A stretch of 64,000 nt of DNA, taken from Macrostomum hystrix (lineage: Eukaryota; Animalia; Platyhelminthes). The notes beneath the pieces were generated by a model that saw only the letters and a list, made by a program, of their open reading frames with translations, was not told the origin of the DNA and did no database searches. Position 1 is the stretch's first letter. Each line of letters begins with the position of its first letter. This document shows positions 12,462 through 25,476 of the stretch, piece by piece. The stretch spans positions 4,092,001 to 4,156,000 of the forward strand of contig CATNEN010000002.1 of assembly GCA_950097015.1 (NCBI GenBank). The letters run 5' to 3'. The position numbers were made by a program, and so were the translations under genes.

Positions 12462-15400
12462 CTAGAAGGCATCCTCTTCGGCTCCGTTTTCCCCAGTTGA
12501 GAGCTGCAGTCGATCTTCGACCTCTGCATCGACAGCGGATCCGTTAAGACAGTATGCATCGTCCCTGTTATCGCTGACGTTTTCAGGATATTCGCTGGGC
12601 ACCAGCTGCAACGCGCCGCAGCCTTCGCTGCCGATGGAGTTGTTCGACTGGTCCATGTCGATCTCCTGCTCGTCGTTGGCATCGGGATCAACAAGACGAA
12701 GGCGCTTGGCTGTGCCGGCGGGAATGCCCCAGTCTTCCGGCTCGCAGGGAAGTAGCTCAGAATCATCACTGTGTACAAGGGGATCAGGCGGTAGGGAATC
12801 ATAGAATCTCTCGGAATCTCCCGACTCTCTGAATCTCCCGACTCTCTGAATCTCCCGACTCTCTGAATCTCCCGACTCTCTGAATCTCCCGACTCTCTGA
12901 ATCTCCCAATTCTCTGAATCTCCCAATTCTCTGAATCTCCCAATTCTCTGAATCTCCTTACTATCTTTATCTCCCGACTCCCTGAATCTCCCAATTCTCT
13001 GAATCTCCCGACTCTCTGAATCTCCCAATTCTCTGAATCTCCCAATTCTCTGAATCTCCCGACTCTCTGAATCTCCCAATTCTCTGAATCTCCTTACTAT
13101 CTTTATCTCCCGACTCTCTGAATCTCCCAATTCTCTGAATCTCCCGACTCTCTGAATCTCCCGACTCTCTGAATCTCCCGACTCTCTGAATCTCCTTACT
13201 ATCTTTATCTCCCGACTCTCTGAATCTCCCGATTCTCTGAATCTCCCAATTCTCTGAATCTCCCGACTCTCTGAATCTCCCGACTCTCTGAATCTCCCGA
13301 CTCTCTGAATCTCCCGACTCTCTGAATCTCCCGACTCTCTGAATCTCCCAATTCTCTGAATCTCCCGACTCTCTGAATCTCCCAATTCTCTGAATCTCCC
13401 GACTCTCTGAATCTCCCGACTCTCTGAATCTCCCAATTCTCTGAATCTCCCAATTCTCTGAATCTCCCGACTCTCTGAATCTCCCGACTCTCTGAATCTC
13501 CCGACTCTCTGAATCTCCCAATTCTCTGAATCTCCCAATTCTCTGAATCTCCCAATTCTCTGAATCTCCCGACTCTCTGAATCTCCCGACTCTCTGAATC
13601 TCCCAATTCTCTGAATCTCCCGACTCTCTGAATCTCCCGACTCTCTGAATCTCCCGACTCTCTGAATCTCCCGACTCTCTGAATCTCCCGACTCTCTGAA
13701 TCTCCCGACTCTCTGAATCTCCCGACTCTCTGAATCTCCCGACATTCTTAATCCCGCGGATTCTCTGCTGGCTCACCGAAGATCTTCTTTGTATCGCATT
13801 GCCAGCTCCTCCTTGCCTAGCACACTTCCGTCCTGTAAAACGTTTATCATAAGTTTTGTTACTCGTCTGATCGATCTTACTTACAGTAGGGTAGGCAAAC
13901 CGTAAATAATCTACTTGCACTTACATCCGTAGCGTCAGCCGCACTGCCAGGAGATCCAAAACCGCACAGCTCCGCCTTCACTGAGGACCTGGGGTCAACG
14001 AAAATAGAGGCGGATTGATTAGAGAGAAACTGGAGGAAGGCCGTTTGCTGTTTTTCTTAACTCGCGGAGCGAGCAGCGTTGTTTACGATAGACGCGGGAT
14101 GAGACAGTTTGTACTTTTAACTGGCCAAGCGAAATTTCTTTACCTTGTTTTCTGACGGGGCTGTCTATGTATTTGTGTGCATCCCACGCCGTGTTTCTCG
14201 TCCCGTCAACATACGATCTTGCTCTCGTGGCCCCTGCCTCTCTCTCTCTCTCTCTCGTCTCCCTGTTTTGACTCCTCTTCCCTCACCTCCCGTGGGTGTT
14301 TGTGTTGTCCCAGTCAACAACACGCGTCACAAGGGACATGCAGCCTTGTGTGTGGACTGTGGATGCCATGCAGCTGCCTCCCACCCGCCCTGTTTCTGCC
14401 TGTGCATATTAATGTATACAATTATAAATAGTTGCTAACCGATATGTACATTTAGTTTGTCTCTAAGGCGTCAACCAGGTATCCAGTTCATTATTATACC
14501 CTTTCCTTTCTAAACAGAAGGAATGAAGGCTGAGCTAATCCTAGGCAAGAAAACACAGGTAGGTAATTTACAGAGTGCAAGAATTCAAGAATTAGAATTA
14601 ACAGCATCAGCCATGAATGACATTGACCATGATGTTCAGAGTTTGTTTTATTAATATGATCACATGATATATGATAACCTGTTTATGCGTTTAATCCCTT
14701 TTTAGCAACTATCTCTCTATTTTAAACTGTCAATTGGGATTCGAATTAGCAATCCAATCAGTTTAAATTAGTTAATCAAGATCTTCTAAAGACGCAATGA
14801 CCACTTCAATTACGACTGGCCCAGCTGCGGTCAAGAATTGGGTTGAGGCTTTTATTTAGTGCACTGGTGCGATCTAAATTACAATACTAGGACCCCCTTT
14901 GGATTATTGGTTGATGGTTTTGCGGAGGGTAATTGCGCATAACTCGGTACAACTTTGTCTCAGTTTACAGTTGACAAGTGCGCCTCATTATTTCTCACTA
15001 ACGGGTAGAAATTTCCGGAATTTCCAGGTATTGGAACTTACAAAGAATTTCCGCCGCTGCCGCCTCCGCCACCGCCACTGCCGCCGCTGGCTCCTCGTTG
15101 TAGTCGCCGTCGATAGAACTCAGCTTCATCAACAGTCCAAACAGCGCCTTTGACATTTTCGACACGCATGAAGCACTTGTGAAGTGACAGGTTATGACGC
15201 ACTGCGTTCTGTTGGGATCAAAGCAGTTTTGTGAGATTTCAAGTGTTATAATATATGCATGGCATGACTATGAATAGCAAATTCGTTTTATGAAGACAAT
15301 GCGGAATTGCAGCAGCATCTTAACCAATTAGTCTTTTGATAAGTCTTTGTCAGGTCAAATGATATTTTCTCCAATCAAGATATCCAAGTAAATATAAACA

Positions 15401-18400
15401 CAATGTTCTTTGGGTTCCAGTCTAGTTACCACTGATTTAAATAATTGGATGCATGCCATGCCTGTACTGAATTGGGATCATTTTTTGCCAATCTTGATAC
15501 AGAAAAGCGCTATCGAACTATAGCGAAACGTGCAGCAAAGTTAGATGGTCTTTGTTCCAATAGTTAGAGGATGACTAAACGGACGTAAAATCATTGAGGC
15601 TGGGTCTTTGTGCTTTATTGTAAGTGCTACTAAATAATAATTATCAACTTATAAAGCAGGGAGATTATATTTACTGCCATTAAATTGTCGCAGCCTACAG
15701 CCTATGTATTTTTGTGTTACAGCAAATGTAAATAATCTGCTGTTTAAGTATATGGTTAATGGCTTGTGTCGTTCACAATATCATTTTGTCTCATTGTTGC
15801 ATTTAGTATTTTAACTTGGCACATAGTCGTTGTTCTTTGTTCCTTATTCTCCAGTTCAGTAGTATCTTACTTATCGAATAACACTGATTAGACAATCTTC
15901 GAATATTCAAATTAAAATTCAAATTTGCTATTGCATCGCTTTTTGAATTTCCAATTTGCATCTAAATTAAAGGAGGTTAAATTTACTATTCCCACCTTAT
16001 TAGCGCAGCTGGATCACACAGTGACGTCTTATTGTTTATCTAAACATGCGAGTGTAAATAAATGACGGCCTTGATTAATTTTGAAAGACATTTCGTCCAA
16101 AGCCCATTACGCAATAGCACAACAAACAGATTCAGGCATTGACACAATGCAAACAATGCTTGTTTGAGCTATGGAGAAACTGCAATTGAGACAGCTCCTA
16201 GCAATGCAGCCAGCCACAATCAAAATATTGGCCATCCAATATTTTAGGCATAGTCTTTCCATTCCAGTGTAAATATAGATACTTCAGGCTGATCCATGTG
16301 TATAGTGTTTCATATTAATAGAATCGAAACTGGGATCGTGCAGCTGGGGGACGGTCTTAACTGATTGAGGTCGTGTTTGGTTTTGTTAGTGTATATATAA
16401 ATATATTTTTGCTTGATTTGGCCTCTGAGTGTTGGGTAGGCAAGCTGAAAGCTCTCAGAGAGTGGAACATTTACCCAAACAGCGCATGCAAGCTTATGAA
16501 GCTAAATAAGCACTAGAGGGGAGGCCTTGTTCCTTCGCTCGTTCCAAAACCGGAACCAACGCTCTCGGCTCTCGTAGCCAGCCCACCTAGTGGCTTGAAT
16601 GTCTGGAGAATCAACAAAACCTCAGTGCAGGGCCAGAGTAAACAACCACACGCACACACAGAAACACAAACACACTCTGACACAGCACAGACAGCACACT
16701 GCCGTGGGGAAGCTGACAGTTCTTCCTCCAACTACTATTCCGTTCCGTCTTCCCTGATTCCAGCCACCTCACGCCGTGCACCCCTTAAACTGCTGCTGCA
16801 ACTTCCTGCCTCGCTGTTTGTTTGTCGTGCCCAAACAAGCGCTCTACCGCGAGGGGTAGACGGGGGGAGTGGGAGACGAATGGAAGCTCCCTTCCCTATG
16901 GTGTCTGCGTTACTAAATGCGTTGGAGAGGACGGAATGAAAGAAAGAGAAAATATGAAGAATTAGAAGAGAAAAAGTAGCTAAATTAAGTTTTCTTACCA
17001 TGCCGCTGACTACGTTCAATGCGAAATGAACGTAAAACAATGCAGAGTAAGAAAGAAAGAAGACAGAAATACAGACACAATAATAAAGAAGAGGATTGAG
17101 GAAGTTAAGGTGGCAGAATTCAGCAGCAGACGGACCTTTAACTCCAATGGATTCGTTGAAAGTTTGTAGGCTTTAAAGTCAAAGAGGGTCTGATGCGTAC
17201 GATAATATAAATGAGCTTAAAAATGAGTTTAGAAAGATACAATAATGAAAGGTGACGATTGTGTAAATAAATTCCCCTTTGTCTCAGTTACCTGAGGAAC
17301 ATTCACTGGGATTGGCTCACAATTGCTAATAAGTTATGGTCATTAATCTCTAGAAACTCACCTTCCAGGTTGCTTCGTTGCGTCTGAAGAATGCAAAGCT
17401 GCGCTGAAACCAAATGTAGATCTCGTTCAGGGTCAGCTGGCGATTCGGTGACTCAATTATTGCCTGAATAAGAAAATGTGTAAAACAGGTTAAAAAAATT
17501 AGGGAAGGGCTTTTTAATCGAAAATTAAGTTCAGCAAAAGTTGTTTTAAAGGGGGACACATCAAAAGCAGATCAAAGGTCTCTTTAAAATAAATTTTACA
17601 ATCGTTAATCCCTGATTAGCTTACCTGTCTAATAAGTGAGGCGTAGGTGAAAGGCGGTCGAATATCGTTTTTATTGTAGAAGTCACGATTCTTATGAAAA
17701 TCTAAAACAGCAATTTGATTGTTAGAAAATCAGATTTATTTGATGGATAATACACGTGCAAATAAAAACTTCAATTAATCTCATTTTACCAGCATTTTAA
17801 AGCATAGTTAATAACTCATAATCTATTATTCTATTAAGAGTTTTTAGGAAGATATCTGGGAGAGTGGTTTTAATCTTTGCCTTTCTTTAAATGTTCAACT
17901 CTTTGTTAGTTAGCAAACAGAAAGTGCCGTTTAGCTCCTATTTTAATGCTTAATTTAGTGGATCATAATTCAATTTCCTCGTGTATCCAAGACTTGGAAA
18001 TTAGAAAAAATAGCAGAAGATTGCGAACCTCCACCGAGCGGCAGTCCCGCTTTGTCAGGCAATCGACCTCGCCTAGATGCAGCTGCCGCTGCTGTTGCTG
18101 CAGCTGCGGCGGCCGCTGTCGAAGCAATAGAGGTCAATGTCGATGTCGGAACAGCCGCAGACGACGCCGCTGTCGCTGCTGTTGCCACCGGTGTCATCAT
18201 TGAGATAGTGGCGATAGGCTGCACCATCGATGTAGTTGTGACGGCAGACGAGGCTACTGATGCTGCCGCCGCAGCAGCCGCTGCTGCTGCAGCACCGTTC
18301 TGAACCAAACCGCCAATAGGAGAGGCTACAGCAGCAGCCAGCAATGCCGAGTTAAAATAAGTCTGTTGCTGCTGCTGCTGCTGCTGGAGATTCTGATGGT

Positions 18401-19623
18401 GGTTCTGCTGAAGAGATTCGCGCTGCGATATGGTCGTCTGATGGCACGAGGCTGTTGCGGCGGCTGCTGCGGCGGCTGCGGCTGCAGCAGAAGCCTCTCG
18501 AATATGTTTCGTCATAGCAGCCAGTCTGGATCGTTCATCATTAAGCGCAGCCTCCATGGCCCGAACGCAAGCTGACTGCGATCTGAGCTGGCCAACTGAC
18601 GAGTTGTCAAGTGGATGCTCGCGCGACATGTGCGAGGCCAGGTCAGACTGCAGCGGCAGTGAGTTCGGCGATTATAAATCAATAAAATATTATTTTTAGC
18701 TGAGGCAATAGCTTAATAGAGTTTCCAACTAAACCAGAAGGCATCGCTTACCGGGGAGACGCTCCTGTAGGCGCAGCACGGCCACCGGCACTGCCCTGTG
18801 CCACCGGTGGTGAGCGAATCCGCCGGACAGGCGTTTCGCACCAGACCCGACGCCTCCTGCAGTGCTGCAGCCGCTGCTTCCTGCAGGCTGGCGGCGCTGG
18901 CCTGCATCAGCTGCAGACTACGCAGCTTCCACAGAGCCTCCGGGTCATACAAGCAGCCCCAGCCACCCTGACTTAGCATAAGAGCTGCTGCGGCTGCTGA
19001 TGACAACTCTGCTGGAAGGTCGGTCAGGGCAGAAATCTGCTGCTGTTGCTGCTGCTGCCAAAGTTGAATCACTTGGCGTTGCAGTTCCTGCTGATTCGCT
19101 GCAGCTTGAAATTGCTGCTGCTGCTGCTGCTGTTTTGGCACCTGCATGGCAGAATATAGATTATTATCCATAATTATTTTCTTAATTATATAATTTCCAT
19201 CATTATTAGATTATTTTCTAGATAACCCTGAGGTTGTTTCTGCCTAAGGTCTAGTCCTAATATGGTCAGTACGCTTCTGCTCACATTTTATTTCAATGCG
19301 TGTTTTTTAAGTCAACCAACACACTTTACTGAAAATCATTACTGCTGTCCGCGGATATACCAGCCAGCTCTTGTCAGGCAAAGCCAAACAATTTCATTGC
19401 TAGCTAGTCAGCTGAGTGTATCTATCTACCAGCTGATATGCTGGTGGATAAAAATACATCAGTTATTGGGGCCGACTAGTTCGCTGTATGTCTAGTTTCT
19501 TCTTACCTGAAGGCAGTCTGGACTAACGGAGCTAGACGCAGATGACTTGACAGACAAATTTACTGAATGCTGCTGCTGCTGCTGCTGAAGATGATGCTGA
19601 CTGAGGTCCATAATCAGGTGCAT
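12462..19623 (-). CDS. FoxP: Forkhead box P transcription factor (about 645 aa as modelled)
   Basis: Phase-consistent exons 19623-19507, 19141-18752, 18647-18029, 17701-17625, 17463-17362, 15208-15042, 13988-13925, 13832-13777, 12807-12462. PolyQ tracts; C2H2 finger [15 protein letters not shown] with adjacent zipper; forkhead [12 protein letters not shown]|[20 protein letters not shown]|[28 protein letters not shown]. The N-terminus may extend further upstream. Confidence 0.95.
12808..13742. repeat. 16-bp tandem array (TCTCTGAATCTCCCGA)n filling the last FoxP intron
   Basis: About 58 units; source of the spurious [16 protein letters not shown] ORFs. Confidence 0.97.
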
Positions 19624-20207
19624 TTGGATCCTAGATCAGCAGTATGCAGTTTTCGATGCTTTCTGCTCCTTATTAGGAATAAAATCAAGCTGAGCGAACA
19701 ATAACCGCTTGAAGTGACTGTTTTCAAAAACGTTCAATTAAAAAGGAACGCTACGATGCTCTACGATGGAGTCCACGTATCTGGCGATGTCTTTCTATTT
19801 CTCCAGTGTTCCGTATCTGTCTGTTGGACTGTCTTTCTCCTCTCTTTTTTCTTTACCTTTTAGCTTTTAATTGATCAGCGGAATATTTAAAATGCGCGCC
19901 TCGGGCCGGTTTTGGTTGTGTATTTATGTTGTGTGTGTTGTTTCGTCCACACACAGAACTCGTTTTTGGAATTGGGGAGAGAAAGAGAGAGAGTGGGGTA
20001 GGAGGTTGGTGAGGGGAGGGATCAAGATTGGAGCGCTGCAGTGTTTGGCTGCGGCGGGGAGGTAAGGGGTTGAGGTGGATGCGATGCAAAAAACGCATTT
20101 TGAAAGGGCCTCCTCGCGTAGTTAGACCCACGGAGGGGTTGGCCTGGGCTGGAGGTGGCTTGCGAGAGGGGCGGAGGTGGAGGTTGTCGGCCGGTTGCCT
20201 GTTTTCA

Positions 20208-22580
20208 GGGTAAACAGTGGGGCTGAGGCCACGGTAAATAACTGGGTAAACAGGCATATGGATTGGTATTTACACTGTGTGTGCGGGGCGCCCCTCTCCC
20301 GATAAATGCTTATCTCGCGCTCAGGCCTCGCCTCCTCCACCCCAGCTCCAACCCTCGGGCGCTGAATAAACAACACAAACAGGCGACTGTTGGGTTTTTG
20401 CTTTGCTTGCTTGAAGCTTTGGGCTTGGGGACTACGATTTTGCTTTGCTTTGCTTTTGGGCGTTTTTGGGCCGTTTGGACCAAGTGGAAGCAAGCCGGAG
20501 ACAGAACAGGATGCGGGATTTTTCTAGCGTTAGTTTCGTTTTTATCCCTATAAAGCATGCAGGTGAAGACAACAAAACTTAGGGCTGCTGGATGGTAGCA
20601 TGACGTCAAAGTAATGGAAATACCCCTTTTATTAATGGACCGCCTGTCTGAGTGGTTGCTGTGTAGACCGTATGCATTGTTGCACTTTAATTTACAAAGG
20701 AATGGCAAAGCATGCTTAATAATTTTGAAAAAACGCACGTTCTTCTGGCTATTTTCAGCAATAGAGTTTTCGGTTCGGAAAAGAAAAAATCAACTCGATC
20801 AACTTATCAACTAAACCTGTTAGAAGTGACACTAAACAAGATTATCAGAAATCTGAATCTGACGGACGGTTGCAGTTCTATCCTGGCTTCCCTTTTTCAT
20901 GAAACGGATTACAGTTACAGCCTGCAGAGACAAAAACAAAAACTCGAATAGGAATCGCTCAAGTCACTCAGACTTCTTATAACTTCTTAGGGTCTGTGGT
21001 GGTGGTAGGAAACTAAAAGTGAAGAGTGAGTACAAACCGCTAACAACACGTTTTCTGTTTTGAGGTCTGATTATCGACAGTGCGTCATTCACCCGGTCTC
21101 ACCGCCACCCTAAAATTTTTAACCTGCCGATCAAAGACTTTTGCCTTAATTTTAATACGCGTCGCCACTTGCCACGGCTTCGGTGCCGATGCCAACGGCA
21201 ATAAATCCTTTTGTTCTAAGTCTTTGCTCACTCATCTGCTGCGATCTGGAGAAAAATAACTCGCTACACGATGATGAATCACGATCTCGATTGCAGAGTG
21301 CAATATGAATAAAATCTCTATACTTATAACAAAAACTATCCACGTATAGAACTGGGTAGTGCCGTCTTCGTGCGAACTTGCATTTTTTGTTAAAGTGCCA
21401 GTGTGTGTAAGCCAAGGCTCATGAACTCTGAATTCTCCAATTAACAAGTACTTCCTATTTGACTATTTTAAGTCCTCCCCTGCAACAGCTTTCTCTCGTC
21501 AATACTGAACTTTACTAGTATTTTGAGTCTGACTCGAGGTTCAGGTAACAGAACTTTGTTTCCGGAACAAAACTGGAGGTTGCACGAGAAAAGTTATAAA
21601 TTTATAATAATTTGTTATTAGATATTACATAACAAACATATTGTTATGTTTGATCGGTTTAAGTTAGAATTCCCCAAGTTGATTCGTTAGCATTCAAGAC
21701 TCAGAGTCAGTACAGTAGTTACAGTTAGTTACAATGATCCTATGGTTAAGTTAGTAATTTATATTTGAACGATTTCTAGCTTGTTCGTTACCAAATGCGC
21801 CGCGTAAACACTTCATGCTTTGAGTGCTGCAGTTGATTTTAATGGTTAGTTATACATTTTACAATGGAGCATTAAATGAAAAAAGAAAGGAACACAAGCA
21901 AACACACGTAAGCAAAGCAAGCAGGCCCCGATAGTTCATTTTAAGTTTAGTTTAGTTTAGTTAGTTAAATGCAAAGCAGGCAGGAGGCCTTCCTGCGTCA
22001 ATAATGTGTGTATATTTGAGGCTTGCTTCTTGGGGCTGAACGCTGAAGGTTTGTGTATACCTTGTGTGTTGTGTCTTGTGTATGTGTGTGTCAGTGTGTC
22101 GCTGGTTTGTGAGTCAACAAGGTAAACAAAATGAGAGAGAAAGAAAGGAAGGCCCCATGGGGGGTCCCCGCAGGCACGGCCTAGGAGGTTAGACTTGAAC
22201 GCCTGAGTAATCAATAACTTTCCTGCCTCAGCGCCTCTCCCACCAACCCCCTCTCGGTTCACTCCTTATTTGCAGCGCTCGCTGTTTACTGGGGTGGTGG
22301 GTGGTTTTTTAGTTTTTAGCGCTTGCGTAGCCAGCGCGTTTGTAATGGAGGGGTTATTGATCGAAAGCGGCCCCACCCCAGACCCGCCACCCCAAAATCT
22401 AACCTAAACAAGCAGCTTTCCCTCAACAAAGGCCTCCCCCTGCCTCAGCCGCCCCACGGCCCAGCGAGTTAAACAAACAATCGGAGCGGGGAGAAGGCCG
22501 GCAGCCCCGTTCAGTCAGCCTCTTTCCTTTCCTTCTTCGCTTCATGCCTCCCCTCTCTAACTAAACAAACAAAAATAATT
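20208..22580. promoter_or_regulatory. Putative FoxP upstream regulatory region rich in forkhead-type motifs
   Basis: GTAAACA at 20210, 20246, 21804, 22122 and 22283 (reverse); GTAAATA at 20234; ATAAACA at 20366; GC-rich promoter-like stretch 22260-22740. Confidence 0.45.
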
Positions 22581-23364
22581 TGTGTCCACTTTTTATGCCT
22601 GCGCCTCACTGCCTGCCTGCAAATTAAAATTTCCAAGCCCAAACAGGACTGAAAGTTTTTCCACGTCCATTTTCTAAGTTTCATGCACTCTGCTGTGCGC
22701 TCTACGCCTGCGCACATGCGCTTGGCCTCTCTCTCGCTTCTTTGCTTATTTTTTGCTTCTATTGTTCATTTTCTAAATTCTTTTATAAGGGATTTTTTTG
22801 TATTTTTTTAGTTTTCGCTAACGGCATTAGGTTTAGCAGGATAATTCTTAGCGCTAAGCTGCTGACTGACTCCAAAGTCTCAAATTTTGTTGTCCATCAA
22901 TCATCATTCATTATTCAATTTGGAAATTTGTCACTTTACCTAGCAGTTTTTTACCTTTGATCCTTTGAAGCGATTTTTTAACTGATGGGAGTATGGTAAT
23001 CGCTTGAAATAAATTTAGGGTGTTTTCTATTGTAAAATAAACAATAATCGTATCATTGATTTGTCAGCTAGCCTACTTAAAGTAGATTGAACCACAATCC
23101 TCTATTTACAGATTAAAAACACTGGCCTCAAACACCAAATAGTGCATGGTTTGCAGACCTTATATTTCACCGATTTCGAAAACAGATTGGCTAGAGAAAA
23201 ATTAACTCGTTAATTTACAACCAGCAACCACAGTGAAACACTAACTTTAAACTACAATGTGGAACTAATACGAACGGCAAAAGGTGATGTAATAGTGTTG
23301 TCTAAATATTTTTGCTGTCTTTTATTTTAATTTCCCGCCTATCTTTTTATTCGTTCCATGTCTG

Positions 23365-24830
23365 TCTATTTAATTGGTTTCCTATGGGTCTTTTGGACTG
23401 GTTCCCTGTAGGTCTTTTGGATTGGTTCCCTGTGGGTCTTTTGGATTGGTTTCCTGTGGGTCTTTTGGATTGGTTCCCTGTAGGTCTTTTGGATTGGTTC
23501 CCTGTGGGTCTTTTGGATTGGTTCCCTGTGGGTCTTTTGGATTGGTTCCCTGTGGGTCTTTTGGATTGGTTCGATGTGGGTCTTTAGGATTGGTTTCCTG
23601 TTGATCTTTTGAATTGGTTCCCTGTGGGTCTTTTGGAGTGGTTTCCTGTTGATCTTTTGGATTGGTTCCCTGTGGGTCTTTTGGATTGGTTCCCTGTAGG
23701 TCTTTTTGATTGGTTCCCTGTAGGTCTTTTTGATTGGTTCCCTGTGGGTCTTTTGGATTGGTTTCCTGTCTATCTTTTAGATTGGTTTCCTGTGGGTCTT
23801 TTGGATTGGTTCGATGTGGGTCTTTTGGATTGGTTCGATGTGGGTCATTTGGATTGGTTCCCTGTGGGTCTTTTGGAGTGGTTTCCTGTCTATCTTTTAG
23901 ATTGGTTCCCTGTGGGTCTTTTGGATTGGTTCGATGTGGGTCTTTTGGATTGGTTCCCTGTAGGTCTTTAGGATTGGTTCCCTGTGGGTCCTTTGGATTT
24001 GTTCCCTGTGGGTCTTTTGGATTGGTTCCCTGTGGGTCTTTTGGATTGGTTTCCTGTGGGTCTTTTGGATTGGTTCCCTATGGGTCTTTTGGATTGGTTT
24101 CCTATTGAAATTTTGGATTGGTTCCCTGTGGGTCTTTTGGATTGGTTTCCAATTGAAATTTTGGATTAGTTCCCTGTAGGTCTTTTGGATTGGTTCCCTG
24201 TGGGTCTTTTGGATTGGTTCCCTATGGGTCTTTTGGATTGGTTTCCTGTAGGTCTTTTGGATTGGTTCCCTGTGGCTCTTTTGGATTGGTTCCCTATTGG
24301 TCTTTTGGATTGGTTTCCTATTGAAATTTTGGATTGGTTACCTGTGGGTCTTTTGGATTGGTTCCCTATGGGTCTTTTGGATTGGTTTCCTATGGGTCTT
24401 TTGGATTGGTTCCCTATGGGTCTTTTGGATTGGTTTCCTATTGAAATTTTGGATTGGTTACCTGTGGGTCTTTTGGATTGGTTTCCTGTGGGTCTTTTGG
24501 ATTGGTTTCCTGTGGGTCTTTTGGATTGGTTCCCTGTGGGTCTTTTGGATTGGTTCCCTATGGGTCTTTTGGATTGGTTTCCTGTAGGTCTTTTGGATTG
24601 GTTCCCTGTGGCTCTTTTGGATTGGTTCCCTATTGGTCTTTTGGATTGGTTTCCTATTGAAATTTTGGATTGGTTCCCTGTTGATCTTTTGGATTGGTTC
24701 CCTATGGGTCTTTTGGATTGGTTTCCTATTGAAATTTTGGATTGGTTACCTGTGGGTCTTTTGGATTGGTTTCCTGTGGATCTTTTGGATTGGTTTCCTG
24801 TGGGTCTTTTGGATTGGTCCTTGTCTATTT
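23365..24830. repeat. 24-bp tandem array (CTTTTGGATTGGTTCCCTGTGGGT)n
   Basis: About 60 variant units; source of the LLDWFPVG ORFs. Confidence 0.97.
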
Positions 24831-25079
24831 TTTGTATTGGTTTCCCGTCTGTCTGCTTAAACTGCCTACTTCAAAGTTTGCGGACTTTTGCAGGGCATAG
24901 TAAATTTTACATGCATTTCATATTAAGAGCGTACTATGAGTAGCGAGTTACTTCACTTCTGGCATAAATCGAAGTAAAAATCAAAATGAAGCAAGTGCTG
25001 CTAAAGGAAGTTGCCAGATTGAAAATCAATAATCAGAATTTTCTAAGCATGCAAATTAAGCTTAAACAATAGAGGAAAG

Positions 25080-25323
25080 AATTTTCACTTTTAGCATCCT
25101 TTTGTCCCCCCCGTTGCTTCCTATTGGCTCGTCAATGCCATTGACGAACGCGTTTTATTATTTTCTATTCCATAAACAATTAAAATAAAAATAAATGCCT
25201 GTAACTCTGGCAGCGAAGGGCATGTCAGCTTGTTAAGGTTGCTGCTAGAAAATGCGTTCGTCTATGGCATTAACCAGCCAATAGGAATAACCGCGGGGGA
25301 CAAGGATGCTAAAAGTGAAAATT
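25080..25323. repeat. Imperfect inverted repeat (about 75-bp arms, about 95-bp spacer)
   Basis: 25080-25155 (AATTTTCACTTTTAGCATCCTT..CTATTGGCT.GT.AATGCCAT.GACGAACGC) is the reverse complement of about 25250-25323. Confidence 0.85.
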
Positions 25324-25476
25324 GGTCGAAATAGCTGGCTCAGAATAGCCATTATGTTCTTTCCTCCATGGCTCAAAAACTTGAACACTTGAGTGTTCAT
25401 GTACGACTTCTTGAGATTAGTCTGTGGCTCAGGGATGAAGTAGAAGACATTAGAGCTCTGCCTGCCTTCCTTATAA

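Noticed and set aside
12353-13920. Long [13 protein letters not shown] ORFs
   Set aside because: Products of the 16-bp array. Only 12807-12462 and 13832-13777 fit the FoxP splice model.
15005-15028. Tandem NF-kB-like GGAATTTCC motifs in a FoxP intron
   Set aside because: Two short motifs with no supporting context; easily chance.
21152-21415. Upstream FoxP coding exon MSEQRLRTKG..GDA spliced in phase 2 to 19630
   Set aside because: The phase fits, but the donor (GTATTA) is weak and the peptide has no FoxP similarity. A better donor at about 21102 suggests a non-coding exon, so it was left out of the model.
23312-24943. LLDWFPVG-repeat membrane-like ORFs
   Set aside because: A 24-bp minisatellite with interrupted frames and no flanking gene structure.
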